A stretch of DNA of 64,000 bases from the human T2T-CHM13v2.0 reference genome, Homo sapiens. Position numbers and translations under genes: made by a program. Positions 14,296 through 28,472 of this stretch are shown here, piece by piece. Position 1 is the stretch's first letter. Each line of letters begins with the position of its first letter. The stretch is from assembly GCF_009914755.1 (NCBI RefSeq), contig NC_060930.1. The stretch is one strand, 5' to 3'. The notes under the pieces are model-generated. The model was not told the origin of the DNA. It was given only the letters and a program-made list of their open reading frames with translations, and did no database searches.

Positions 14296-15810
14296 TCTTG
14301 GATGCAGTGATGGTGCTTCGGAAGCCTGTTACCTTCTGCTGCCTCCACGTGTTGCAGTTTCATTTGGGAAACACTTATTGTTTTAGTCACATACAACTCT
14401 AAAAGGAGGTGATTCTATGTCCAGTTTTTCACAATGTCTAAAATAATATGGTTCACAGTAATAAGATTTTATAGCAGGTGAATGTTTACATTCTCATTTC
14501 CCAGATATATAATAATCAGTAGCCACTCCCTTTGCATTAAAAACAAGCCCCCCTGGCTACTGAATGGCTCTTCAATGTAGGGAGTATCTTAGCCAGCTTG
14601 GCACAAATAAAACCTCTTTCCTTTTCAGCTGTTTTAAACATTTAGCAGTCAGATCAGATGATTGAACTTTCAAAAAAATTCTTCCCAATATCTGTTTGGA
14701 TGGAATCATTTGCCGTAAAGATCTGGCATTATTCAAAGCTGCTCTGTGCTCCCTTAATTGAAAAGCCCTGACATTGACATTGGACAGGGCTTGCCTTTGG
14801 GGCCACCAGCAGACAGCTTTCTTCAGTGCCTCGTATTGTTAATGACTCAGAGAATGTGTTTCGATGAGATCAGAAGCAATCCACTAAAGAAAAAGTGGAG
14901 AGGACTTGAGAGCTTAAAAGAGCGGAGAGGAGAGATGTGAGAAAACCTAAAAAAAGACAAAAGTTGGTGTGGAAGAAGGGGTGGCGCGGGCTCCATGGCA
15001 GATTTGTCATTCGTCCCAGTCCAGCTATTTAGAATCATTTTTCCAGTGGGAAGAGAGATGAAGAGAAATCCTGTCCAAAAGAACAAGGAAGATGTCTTTG
15101 AAATGATATGAGGGGAGCCAGAGACAGACATGGAGGTGAGCAGGACCAGGTCTTGCTCCTTAGATCTCCAGGGAAGATGTACTCAGCACTACTGTGCGCA
15201 CCTGGGCTGCACTGGTGTCTTTACTGCAGGCAGAAAGGATGGATGCACGCTGGCCAGGGCCATGGACTGCAGGTGCTTAAGTGGCCCCACAGTAGATGGC
15301 TGTGTTCACAGCTCAGATCTGTGGCCCCCCTGGCCTCCTCAGCCCCTCTGAACAGTATCCCACTGTTAGCAGCTCTGCAGTGAAAGTGCAATCTGAACAC
15401 AAATTAAGTGGCAGCTTTGGGGTTTTAAAGAAAAAGGAAAACTTTTTCATTTTAGAAACAGAAAGCTTAATGTCTCCTGTGTCAGTTCATTCTATGCTCC
15501 CTGAAATGGTTTCATCTCTATGCTAATTTTATGCTGAAAATAGGAACTCCCCTGTGCTGGAGAGGAGAGAAAGGGCTTGGAAGTCAAAGACTATCCAAGT
15601 GGCTGAGAATCAAGTGGACCCCCTTGACTCATTTCCACTTAGAAAATGCTTTCAAGGCAGCCAGTGTTACACCGAGGGTCCTGCCAGGGGAGCCGAGGCC
15701 TTTGCCTGTCACCCTGGGAGCTGGCTTCCAGGCCTTGGGCATGGATCCCTCGCCCAGAGTCTGCTTGGTCTTGCACCAATGATTTCACAGGTTATATCCA
15801 GACCTCATGC

Positions 15811-16871
15811 TTGATAATAAGGTAGTAAGCTGACTTCCCTTGGTTTCCTCCACTTCTGTTTTAAATGAATAATTAATCCATTAAAAGCATCATCTCAAAA
15901 GCACAAAATATCCTATAATCTATGACTATAAGTTCTTAGAATAAGAAGTGGACATTGTGTTATGCTTACTTGTAGACTGGTCTGTCTCTCTTAGTAGGAC
16001 ATGAGATGTTGAGGATGGATCTCATCCTAGTCCTAGTCCTTAAGAGCACCAACATGGACGCTTCCTCAGCGTAGGCATATAACTGTGATCTCTGAAGATT
16101 CCTATGGGTCTATCATTCAGTAGCTCAAGGGCAGCTGGACGGAGAAGAGATTAGAAGTCTTGTTCCTGCTTCTTAACTTGTTCACAAAGATACTTCATTT
16201 TTATTATTTTGGTCCTGCCAGTTCTCTTCATCTGGTTTCCTGTATCCTTTCATATACAGTGATGCTGAGGCATTTTTTCATTTGTTTGTTTTATTTGTTG
16301 TTTTAAAGAGAAAAGGGAGTATACTTGTTGCTTCAGGGCAAAACAAAGACCAGTGGGAAGAAAGTTATCAAAGGTTGATTTCAGCTCCTCACAAAGAGCT
16401 TTCTAAGGACAGGCTATTTGTGAAGGGACTAAATGTGTTTAAGTAGAGCTGGGCGGTCACATGAGACCACTGTCCTGAGGAAGCTCACCCAAAAACCCCG
16501 ATGGCCAGGATGTTGACTGATGGCTCACCCTGGAGAGTTGACATCTGGAGCCTCCGCTGACAAGCAGCATGGTCCGCTGGCAGGTGAATAGGGGCCATGG
16601 TTCTGCGGGCTCTCTCCAGGGGTGGCTGAGGCTGGCACTCCACAGTGCTGCTAAGCACATGGGTCACAGCTGCAAGAATGCTGGGGTATGCTGACTAGGC
16701 AGGTGTGCGGAGGTCACGATGCAGCTCCATCTTCAAAACAGGAAGCATTTCTCGGAGCTGTAGTCTCACAGACTCTAGAGAGATTTGAGAGGAGACTGTC
16801 AGAGAGACACAGAGGCCTGGGTGTGTGTGGATGAGGTGATTTCTAACCGGTTGATAATAAGGTAGTAAGCT
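15811..16871 (+). repeat. 21-bp exact dispersed direct repeat (15811-15831 and 16851-16871)
   Basis: ttgataataaggtagtaagct at both positions. Confidence 0.95.
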
Positions 16872-17110
16872 TTATGTTTCTATCATATTTATTTCCCCCC
16901 TCAGATCAGGTTGTCTGAGCCAGAACCACATATCCCAGAGCAGGCATGTTAGTGATCTGGGATAGAGAGAAGGACGTTCTAAACAATGTCTGGAAACATA
17001 AGGGGCTGAGATGCATTTAGCCATTTGAAAAGATAATGGAAATTTCTTTCAACTAATTCCTTTGAGGTTTAACTGTATAGTATTGCCTTTTTCATCCTTT
17101 CACAAAACAG

Positions 17111-17131
17111 ACCCTGGAAGGACTCAAATTG
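17111..17131 (+). other. Candidate 21-nt microexon
   Basis: Pyrimidine tract ttgcctttttcatcctttcac...cag|ACCCTGGAAGGACTCAAATTG|gtaagt; no stop in any frame. Confidence 0.4.
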
Positions 17132-17942
17132 GTAAGTGAGAAGCCAGTTACTACCAACTACTGGGCAGCTTCTTGGCAGGAGGTGAGAGCTTTCTGCTTC
17201 CTTTTTAGGACAATTCCACCCTTCCTTGAGTGGGAGGAGTTGGTGAGGTGGCTGAATGTCATGAGGGTTTGGAGAGGAGGTGGCTGTAATCGCACAGGCA
17301 CTGGCATTGAAGAGACCCCGGGAAGGGAAGTACCTCTGGCTCCATGGCAGGATCTGGAGGGAGGAAGGGAAGATTCATAGCATAGCAGGTCTAGCGTACC
17401 GCACTTGAAAAGACTATGGTATTTATTGGTTCATTGAACTCAACTAAACCCAAAATACTGGGTACCTCATGTGTGCAGTTCTTAGTGCCAGGAATGATGG
17501 GCTGTGTAAGGAAGAATCCAGTAACTCCCTCAACTAACTTAGAATATTTATTTCCTAACTAAAAGAAACATAAGTAAGAGTCAACAATATTGTTTGTTTT
17601 GCTTTTTATGTAGTGTCAGGCACAGAAATATGCTCAGTAAACACTTGCTGGTTAATGGCCACTGCAGGTCCCTGAATTTGCGTTGAGTTGAAAGAAATGC
17701 CACCAACCTGCCCCTCCACTGCCAGGAGTTCAAGTCAGGAGAGCAGCCAGCCTGACTATAGAAGAACTACACAGTGCCTAAAGTTCCAGGAAACCTTCCA
17801 GTTGCAAGGAGAGAGAGCAGTGCTATTTTAATAAATAGTACATGATAGTTTTGCTGTATACCAGGCCTACACAGTGCTAGACACTGGAGGCAAAGACAGA
17901 CAAACAGACAAAATAATTAAAATGTGGTTAAGATCATATCCA

Positions 17943-18543
17943 AATGTAAATTAGGTCCACCACTGTGGAAAACAGTGTGGCAGTTCCTCAAAGACCTAAA
18001 AACAGAACTAACATTTGACCCAGCAATCCCATTGCTGGATATACACCCAAAGGAATATAAATTGTTCTATTATAAAGACACATGCACATGTGTATTCGTT
18101 GCTATTCAAAATAGCAAAGACATGGAATCAACCTAAAGGATCATCAATGGTAGACGAGATAAAGAAAATGTGGTACATATGCACCATGGAATACTATGCA
18201 ACCATACAAAAGAATGCGATCATGTCCTTTGCAGAAACATGGACAGAGCTGGAGGACATTATCCTTAGCAAACTAACACAGGAAGAGAAAACCGAATATT
18301 GAATGTTCTCACGTACAAGTGGGAGCTAAATGTTGCAAACACATGGACACATACTGGGGCCTATCGGAGGGTGGAGGGTGGGAAGAGGGAGAAGATCAGG
18401 AAAAATAACTAATGGGTACTAGGCTTAATACCTGGGTGACAATATAATCTGAATACCAAACCCCCATGACACAAGTTTCCCTATATGACAAACTTGCATA
18501 TGTACCCCTGAACTTAAAATAAAAATTAAAAAATAAAAATAAA
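17943..18543 (+). mobile_element. L1PA15/16-like 3' fragment (end of ORF2 and 3'UTR)
   Basis: ORF2 C-terminal peptides [31 protein letters not shown]; 3'UTR gatcaggaaaaataactaatgggtactaggcttaatacctgggtga; A-rich tail. Confidence 0.88.
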
Positions 18544-18553
18544 GATTAAATTT

Positions 18554-18919
<366 letters not shown>

Positions 18920-19430
18920 TCATTTGGCATTAAAGATAACCCCTTAAGAAAATCACTATCAGTACCAAACATGGAGCCATCCAGCCAAACCCATAGAATT
19001 CTAGAACATCAGAGCTGGATAAGCCCTTAGAACAATCTGTCCAAATCTGTTATTTTGCAGAGGGGGAAGTGGAGACCCAGCCATGCAAAGGTATTAGCAA
19101 CAGTTAGTTTACATTTCTTTCTGGCTGCATTTACAGTGGGTAAATACATCTTAACTTTAGTGGGTTGAAAAAGACAGGTGCTATTTCCTCAAACAATATT
19201 TTGGCTGCTGGTGATCGACTCTTAGAGCAAGAGAAACACTTTCTAACATTGATGTGGGATTTTGTGTGTGGTGTGTGGGTTTCCTGAGCTGCTGAGCTTT
19301 TCCACAATCTCCTGCTCTATTACTTCGTAGCCCACTTTCCTTTAATACCCACCGTCAGAGAGGTTCTCTTTACCATTCCTCTGCTCAGCTCCTTCAGAAG
19401 TCTGTGTACACCGACAATAAATGGTAGGTC

Positions 19431-19474
19431 TGAAAACAGATGAGAGGTTTTTAAATTTGAAAACAGATGAGAGG
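19431..19474. repeat. 17-bp near-tandem direct repeat
   Basis: tgaaaacagatgagagg at 19431 and 19458. Confidence 0.9.
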
Positions 19475-19987
19475 CTTTCTTCCCTCAAGGGATGATGTGG
19501 GGTTTAGTAGCTTCAGCTATGTTGAATTTTACTTATAAATGGTGATGACTTGCTTATAATGTGAGGTTTATTTTCTGTTTTATATGTATCTTATAAGCAG
19601 CCACATGAGCAAATATTTAATTTATTGTCACTCTTGTACTGTTGGACAGCAGCAGCTCATGTGAATGATACTATACCAATTCAAGCTCGGGAATGACTAT
19701 TGGACACCCAGCACACTGTTAGGGTTATCTGCGTGTGTCCATGTGATACTGAAATGGCTGGTCCCCTGGTCAAATAGCCAGAGAAACCAGAGGGAAAGTG
19801 AATTCCTGAACTTCATTCAATTAAATGAATTGAGGTTTAGATGTTTTTTACTGTTTAATTCAGGCGAAACATTTGTTATTCTTTATGTAGAAACAGCTGA
19901 GGCAAAAATGGATGGCTTAGAAGGAATATCCAAGTTTGAATCCAGGTTTTACCTCTTCATTGCTATGTTACCTTGAGCAAGTTTCTT

Positions 19988-20353
<366 letters not shown>

Positions 20354-21663
20354 TAACCACTTGTAATGATGATAATAGTGCACAGTGCTTTCAAGGTTAT
20401 ATTTTAATAATCAATATAAGGTACCTAGTGCAGTCCCTGAAAAAACAAACAGATGTTAATTCCCTTTCTCCTAAGAAAGTAGTCCTGGAATGGGAAAATA
20501 GGAGCCATTCCTTGACACGGAGCAGACGTGTTATCCTGGCCTCCTATGCCATTGCCTTCTGTGGTCAGTACTTGAACATTGTGCCCTCGGATTCCATCAA
20601 CAGATCCTGAGAAACAGAGAAAATTGCTCCCGCAGGTCCCATAGTAAGCTTGTTGAGTGTTGTCCATTCCTATCACTCAGCCCACCTCCCCCCACCCCCC
20701 CGCTGCCTATAAAACCTTTTGTGGGAAATGTTTTAAAAATTAAGCACCAAGGGTTAGTGTGCCTCAAGATAAGGGTAAATTTGACCTTAAGGGTTTTGTA
20801 AGTGACCATTTTTCCTTCACTGTGGCTGGGGAGAGCCACCGTATACGTCAGCCCCCAGGGCTTGCTGTTGTGTTGCTCTTTTCCCTGATCTCAGTAGTCC
20901 TGTACTTGCTAATATTTTCGCTCATCATATTGCAGTGTATTAGGAGAGGGCTCTGATGCTGTTCTGTGGTATTATAGGCCCAAGTCAAGAGCTCCCAAAT
21001 CCTGCCCTGCTAGTCATTTGGCCTCCTGATGTCAAAGAGAGGTCCTGAGATTCGGAGAGTGAAGCGGAGTGGCTGCCGGCACCACCTTCTCACCTGCAAG
21101 AGCACCCAGAGCCTTGTCCGGAGTTGGGCTTATTGGAGGAGCTGGTGAAGGAGAAGAGGCTGAGTTGGCTTAAGCACCCCTTCTGCCTGCCTCTAACCCC
21201 ACACCTTCAGATCCCTTTAGCTGCTTGCACAGCTCATGACCTGTGAACGGGGGTGGGGAAGAAGTAGGCAGAATGGAGTCTGACATGAGAAAAGTGTCAA
21301 TAACATCCCATTTCTTGTGTTGATTCTTGATTTCTGTTCATATTCAAACATTATTTTGTTGTATATTTTCTTTCGTAGGCCTCCTTAAAATTCTCGTAGA
21401 ATGAGGCAAGATATAAACACTTACATAGAAGTTAACAGCAGTGTGTTAATGATATATGCAGCCAAGCATAGGCGCTTATGCCCAGAGTGCGCAAGTATAC
21501 AGAGGACATTCAGTGGCCAAAGTTGGCTAGAGTTGCTTTGGTCCTTGATCAAGTCCTGTTTAGATTTCTCCACCCAAATAAGTTACATCAATACTGACTA
21601 GATAATACATATTCAACAGGCAGTACACCCCCTGATCATTGTGGATATCACAATTCAGGAAAT

Positions 21664-21735
21664 CATTTACTTACTAAACATTTTTACTTACTAAACATTT
21701 ACTTACTAAACTTTTGTGTCCCCTACTAAACTTTT
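21664..21735. repeat. Short tandem repeat (catttacttactaaa-like unit)
   Basis: tttacttactaaac x3 plus a partial tactaaactttt. Confidence 0.9.
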
Positions 21736-24700
21736 AGCTTCTAGAGAGTAGAAACCATGTCCTGTTGTTCTTTATGCTTATAGTACTTGGCCCACGACTG
21801 ATGCACAATGGATCACGAGGGGTGACTAGATAAATGAGAATTTTTTAATGGCAAGATGATTCAGAGTAAATGAAATGTAGAATATCATAATATTTTATAA
21901 GGAATGGCATTTTGGGCAAGTTATTACTTGTACGTACTTTTAGAAACAGTCTCTTCCTCTAACCAAATGCTTCTGAGTAGGATCCTGCTTTAATGGATAG
22001 AAAAACATGAGTTCTCATTAGTATGCACAGCACTGAAGCCCAGTTACATTTTTTTTTTAAATAAGCACACTTTTTAAGTGCTGCCATGCAGTGTCATCGC
22101 TCCAAAAGCTTATCACATTGTTCATTTTCTTAGCAGGCTCAGTTCTACTGATGGTGTAAAGTTTCAACCGGGGCTCTTCATAATTATTACGAATTCTTAA
22201 GACTGAAATCAGGTGGCTTTTTATTTTTAGTGTCCTTATTGTGCTCACTCAAGACTATATATTCAGCAGTGTGCAGTCTATGCCTGACTGTATAAAAGAC
22301 TGGAATGTTCACACACTATAATGAATAATGAGTGTCAGTGAACTCATTACAGTAAATCCTTAGGTAATTACTTTCTGCCTTAGTTGGGGGACTTATGGTA
22401 GCATAAGCTAAAATTATTTCATCTCCAGACAAACCCTGAGGTGGCTGTTGGAGTTAAATATAATTCATTTGCAGCATGTTTATTATAGTTAAATTTAACT
22501 AATTTAGGGCCTGTTGCTGGCCAGAAGCTGAGGAGGAGGAAGTTGCAGTGTCCATGAGTACCTCAGAAAAATGAGGCTTCATGGCCGAGCTTTCAGAGCA
22601 TGACGTAAGAGTTACTCCCACTCTGTCTCTGCTCTTCCTGTCCCCAGAGCTGGATGGGTTTGTTCATGAAAGTGATTGGCTAATGAGCTCTTCAGGCATA
22701 GGATTAATGTGGTGTAGCAAGAGGAAGTCTCAGCGTTGAGCTGGGGCTCTGCTCAGTTCTCTCCTCTGTTTCTGCCGGAACTTCCTGGTGTTACAGAAAG
22801 AACTATGGTGTTCAAGGTCACTGTTGTATGAATGGATTTATCAGCAGATGGTGAGGCTCCCCCTTCTCGTGCCCCATTTCCACTCAACACTGTCGGGCCA
22901 GTCTGGGCGTTATTTCTTCCTAAGCCTTCCAGCCTGGAAGACTTAGCTCTGGAAAAAATAGGAAAGGACTTACTCCAAGAACCAAGCACATGTTTACAGA
23001 GGATGGTTTAACCTTTAAAGATGTTGCCACTGAAGAGTTTTTAGATTAGATTTTGCCTCATGAGAGCTCTTCTGAGCTGGATGGCTTGCTCTACCAAAGA
23101 TGTTACAGGGACACCCGCAGGAGAAATCGCATCAACGCGGGGAGGTGAGGCTTCTGAGCCATCGCTTGTGTCTAAGAACATAAGCCAAAAATCACTGTAG
23201 GGGGACTGTTCCCCAGAAGACAGGGACCTTGCCAGGAGAGGAAACACAATTCCGATCATCGTGAGGAACGTGCATTTGCGGAAGACATTGTCCTACTTTT
23301 CCACAAAAATACCATGTCTCCATTCTGGAAATATGTGCACTGTGCTAATTGCTCAAGAGAAGGTAGCAGTTGGAAAAAGTCCAGAGAAGGATGAGTAGAT
23401 GAACACAGGAATCAGTCGGTAGCCGTGGGAACAGCAAAGCCCCTTCAGTGGGAAGGCAAGAGTAAAGAGAAGACAGCACTGAAGTCTGTGGAATCTAAAG
23501 CGGCTTTGGTGGGGTTTCCTCACCGACCCAAAGTGCAGAGCTAGCAGGGTAGGCACACCCACCCGTGCCTGTGGTGGCCCGCCCTAAGACTCTATCCAGG
23601 ACAGCCACCTCAGCCTCACTATCCCCTGGCCACGTCCTGGCCGTTCAGTCCCACCGTGACGCAGCTTACAAGCTGCAGAACCGTCTGCCTCTCAAGCCAG
23701 TGTTCCTCCCACTGTACCACAGTTGCTTCCGTTGGGTCCAGACTCTTCTGAAAACTCCCCTTTTCAATTTTACTCAAACAGATTTTGGCCATGGAAATGG
23801 TTTGTGACTTTAACGGGCAAGCTGTGATATAAAAAGTAAACCATGGGTTACATAACTTCAGGGGCAGGTTAACTTTTCCAGAATTCTGGTCTCAAAGTAA
23901 AGATTTAGATTTAGTTGAGGCTATAAAAATTCAGGAAAAAATAATAAAGCATTTCTACACCTCCCTCCTTCCCCTTGCGAGCCCCCCTTAAAAATAGCAT
24001 CTGAAGTTTCATTGTAGCTGAGTCACTGCTTGGTGCGATCTAGGGCTAGGCTGCAACTGGACCTGTCAGAATGAGGCCACAGTGATTCATGATGAAGCTA
24101 AGTTTGGTTGCCACTGACAACATGTGTTCCTCTCTGTTCTTTCCCTGGAGTTTGGAGACACTGTATTTTGCCTTTGGATTAGAAACGCCTTTGAGTGGTG
24201 AGAGTAATGGGATGAGATGGGCCACTGCAATTAAAGAGCCCTCTGGGCCCTCTTTCTGTGACACCCTAGCCATTTGTTAGGGGAAGGTAGGAGTAATTAA
24301 CATAACCAAAGACCTTTGGGGCTGTGAAGGGAATTTATCTCCTCTGCCTTTGCAGTTTAGCATCAAGTCAGTCTACCAACCAAGAGCCCCCCAACACCTT
24401 TTCTGGGCCCCAAACTGTGCTTCCCATTGAGGAAAGGCAAATGATAGAATATGCGGTCCCTACCCTGAAGGAATTTGGGGAAGCACAAACCAATTAGAGA
24501 AGCACTGTCTACTTCCCACGTTGATTATAATCATGTATGTGTCAGTTTCCACGTTTGCGCCTGGAGGGCAGAAGCCACAGCTGGTTTTGCTGTGCATGGC
24601 ACCTGTGTTCCTGGAGCTGAAGTGAATGGGTCCTGCCTCCAGCACCTGCTTCCCCACTTCTGCCATCAGAAAGACTCGTTCGGGAAAACATTCCTTCATT

Positions 24701-26514
24701 CCCTTCCTAGGGCACCACAGTTAATAAGGCCACAAATTTGGGCCTGTCCATCCTGGTGCAAGTATCTGAGGAAGCAAGAAGAGATCCGGGTTAGCAAGGA
24801 TACGATTACAATGCTTTTATTTTTTTAATGGGACTTGGGCGGTGAGGAAATTCTATGTTCCCCGTCATTTATGCAGACTCCAGCTAAACGTATGCTAGTT
24901 GAACTCATGCCAGCTCTGTGGAAGTGAGGGACAGATACAAGAAACATGGGAACTTTCCAAGAAATGAAGCTTCTTTGCTGCCATGTCGATGATGCTTGTT
25001 TCTGAGAAACTCAAATGTATGGAAGTGTAGAGTAGAGCTTCCCAAACAGGGTGCCGTAGTTCACAGATTTGCACACAGGGGTGCCAGCATAATGATCTCT
25101 GCAGCTCTTGGCACACCTTGGTATGTCTGGAGTATGAGATGGACTTAACATATGAATATACATATAAATATATATAATGTATCTGTACATCTTAGGGACT
25201 AGACAAACAAGGTGTTAAATGTGTTCCTCTCTGGATGGTAGGTTTATGGAATCCTTTAATCATTTTACTTATTTGCTTATTTAAACTTCTGAATCTGTAA
25301 CAATTTATTGTGTGTGTGGAAGAATTCTTTCAGCCCAACCAAATACTAGCCAAAATATTGAAGTGGAAGGTATCAGTGTTCGGTGATCCAGCCAAAGGTT
25401 TATGTATATGTTTTATTCAAACACTGTCTTAGAAACCATTTGCCCTGAGGATGTGTCCTCTATTTTGTCAGTTTAAAAAGGATTCTTTTCAGTTAGTGCA
25501 TTCTCATTAAAAAAAAAAAAAAAAAAAAAAGGAAAGAAAAAGAAACAGTAAAGCAGATGTCACATATCAGAGAAATTGCCACATCTTGATAGATTCACAC
25601 CATTTATTTTCTTTGCCTGTAAGCCTAATACTGGCAACAGCCCAAACTGCCAACTTTCTTCATTTATTGACATTCTTAAAAAGTTAACTTCCTGTCGAGG
25701 ATGTTTTTGACAGGGATATTAAGAGAAAGACTTGTTGGTCAGATGTAGGTTCCAGCTGGCCACACTGTAAAGGCCACTGGGAATCGGAACCTTGGCAGAT
25801 CCATGCAGAGGTAATAGTTTGGAAGTTGGGAATTCTTATTTCCCGGCAACTGTAGACAAGGAGCAATGATTTGCTATTTGTATTTTATATCGTATTACAT
25901 TTGCAAAATGTTTGTGGTCATTCAAATTTGTTTTTTTTCACAGTACTTCTGTGAATGCCTGATTTCTCTTTGCCTAGGCTCTCAGATTCTTGAGGGGGTG
26001 GATGGAGGTGTGATATTTGCCTTCTTCTCACATAGGAATGCCTATAACCTAAATGAGATCAATATCATTTCGTTCTTCTGGGAGCAGTACTATTTTTGCC
26101 AGTTACCAACATTATAAAATACTTCCATATTTGGAACTGTGGCATTTTGTACTTGGAGGGATTTTTTAAAGAAATTGCCTGGTCTAGTTCCTTCATTATA
26201 CAAATGAAACCATTGAGACCGAACAGGCAAAGGGAAGTTCTCAGAGTCACAAGAAGTGGTCAGTGGCCAGGCTGAGGCCAGACTGTAGTTTCCTTTTTAC
26301 TACTGGTCATACTCTGTGCTTTCTACCAATATTTCCCAATTACTATGGGGAATTAATAAAAAATGTTTTTTAATCTGCATTTTTTGGGGGAAAGATAAAA
26401 ATACAGAGTTTGTCACAACATAGGTGGTCAATAAATATTTGGTGAAGAAGGTGTTTGATAAAGTTGCATATATTTACCTCTTGAGTCAATAAAAATGCGT
26501 TATATTTGCAGATA

Positions 26515-26515
<1 letters not shown>

Positions 26516-26553
<38 letters not shown>
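26516..26553. repeat. (AC)19 microsatellite
   Basis: Perfect dinucleotide run. Confidence 0.98.
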
Positions 26554-26555
<2 letters not shown>

Positions 26556-28420
26556 TGCTATGTAGTAGCTGGTAACCACATGTGTGCTGTCAGTCCATAC
26601 AGGGACTTGATTGTCATGTATCCCAGTCTTTGTGGCTCTGTTCAAAGGAAGAAGCTCTGGGGAGGAGTAACAGAGAATTTTAGGAGACAGAGAAAATAGA
26701 CTTCTTTTCAATGGAAACTTATCAGAATTGTTGAAGTGAGAAAGCCATACACATCTCTATGTGTATTTTGGTATCAGTGTAGTATTGTCTGCAGTAACTC
26801 TTTGTTTAGTCATGAAATATGTTACTTGCCATTCCACATGTACCCAATACAGTGTTAAAAAGAGTCCTGTTCAGCTAGGATAAATCACAGAACAAGTATA
26901 GTAAGAACATCACCAAGTAATTATACAGTATGTCTTTGAGATTTGTGTCTCCAAGTTTCTGAATATTTCATTTTGAAAGAGTAACTTAGAAAACGTAAAG
27001 AGAAGTTCCACAGAAGTGCCTGGGAGAGCTGATCTTTACCAAATTCAGTAAAAATTTCAGAGGTGAATAAAATAAACCTGGACAATTCATAATAACCTAC
27101 AGAAGACACATCGTTTTCATTGTTTTCCATTGGCTAACATATCCGGTAGGAAGTTAAATTTCACTGTCTTTTGCATAGCACAGAATTTGTTTTCCTAATC
27201 ACCTTTCCTACATATTGAACAACGTCTCGGTCATAATCATGGCATATGCTGCATTGAACCCAAGGTGAAAATCATTCTTTTTTTTCTCACCTGAGGGAAA
27301 TTTCACTTTTTTTACTGAATGAAGGAAGCACTTAAAGTATAAATTAAAATAAAGATAACTACTATTAAATTTGGTTAGGCTCATATAAAAAAAAATAGTA
27401 AAATGGCAGTCAAAACAACCTGACTCAAGTTTGTGACAGAAAGGCTTAATTTAGCACAGCCCATTTATGTACGCAAGAAGCTTTTCTTAAGGACACTCAA
27501 AGATGTCAGCTCCAGTCCTAAAGGAAACACACTTGAACCAAGCGTGAGATGAATGAAGGGATTCTGCTCTTGTCTTTTATAGATGATTTCATTTATTTGA
27601 TTCTTCTCTTTCCTCCTACATTCTCAGATTAGGCATGGCCTTCAGTTGGATTTTGTATTCGTTAAATACAAACAGTACACATATTAGACTGGATACATAT
27701 TTGCAAATTTGGATTTATATAATCTATTTTAAAATTATGAGACTAACGATATATTTTATTGCACATGCCTGTGGTGTCCGAGTCTGGGATCTGCTTTAAT
27801 TCTCAATAACATTCAAATAAAACCATTGCAAAGAGCAGAGCTAGCAATAAGGACATTTACAATGTCACATGAAGGTGGACTGTATGCCACATGCCTTATA
27901 ATCATATATTCAATGATTGCAAATAGGATTTTTATAGAAAGTGCTCACAGCAGTTAAAAGAATTATATCTGAAGTCATATTTCTGAATGTGAGACTTTCA
28001 TTTTGTTTAATTATCTATTGAATGCTCCCAAACTTACTAGGACTTAGTGTGTGCTTTTATTCTATGTTAGAGAAAATCTTGGTAGTCAATCTCAAGTGTA
28101 TGCCCCGTCTTATGACTGCGAGATTCCCTCTCTCATTCTGGTATTGTCCTGTGATATTTGCTGCTTTCTGCAATCAATATAGACAGACTTGAGCCAACTT
28201 AAATGTTGTCTCAATATTTACCTAGTACAAAGAAAATTCCATTTGAGAAAACCACAGAGTATAGTCATTCCTGGAACAACCAGGAGATGGTTATTATCAT
28301 TGGAAACAATTATTTTTAAAAATCAATCTCAATTCAGAGCCATATGTGTATTTAAAGTGCCCACACATCTAAAACTGTTTTCAATTAATTTCATGAAATG
28401 TTATTTTTTCATTTAAAACA

Positions 28421-28472
28421 AACCAAAGATGATTAATTTTTATATAACCAAAGATGATTAACTTTCATATAA
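28421..28472. repeat. 25-bp tandem duplication
   Basis: aaccaaagatgattaa(t/c)ttt(t/c)atat x2. Confidence 0.92.

Noticed and set aside
22486-22501. Perfect 16-bp palindrome tagttaaatttaacta
   Set aside because: About one is expected by chance per 64 kb, more in AT-rich DNA.
23002-23049. KRAB-A-like peptide DGLTFKDVATEEF after a tttacag acceptor
   Set aside because: Only a 7-residue resemblance; stop after 15 codons; no EEW or LYRDVMLENY motifs and no zinc fingers.
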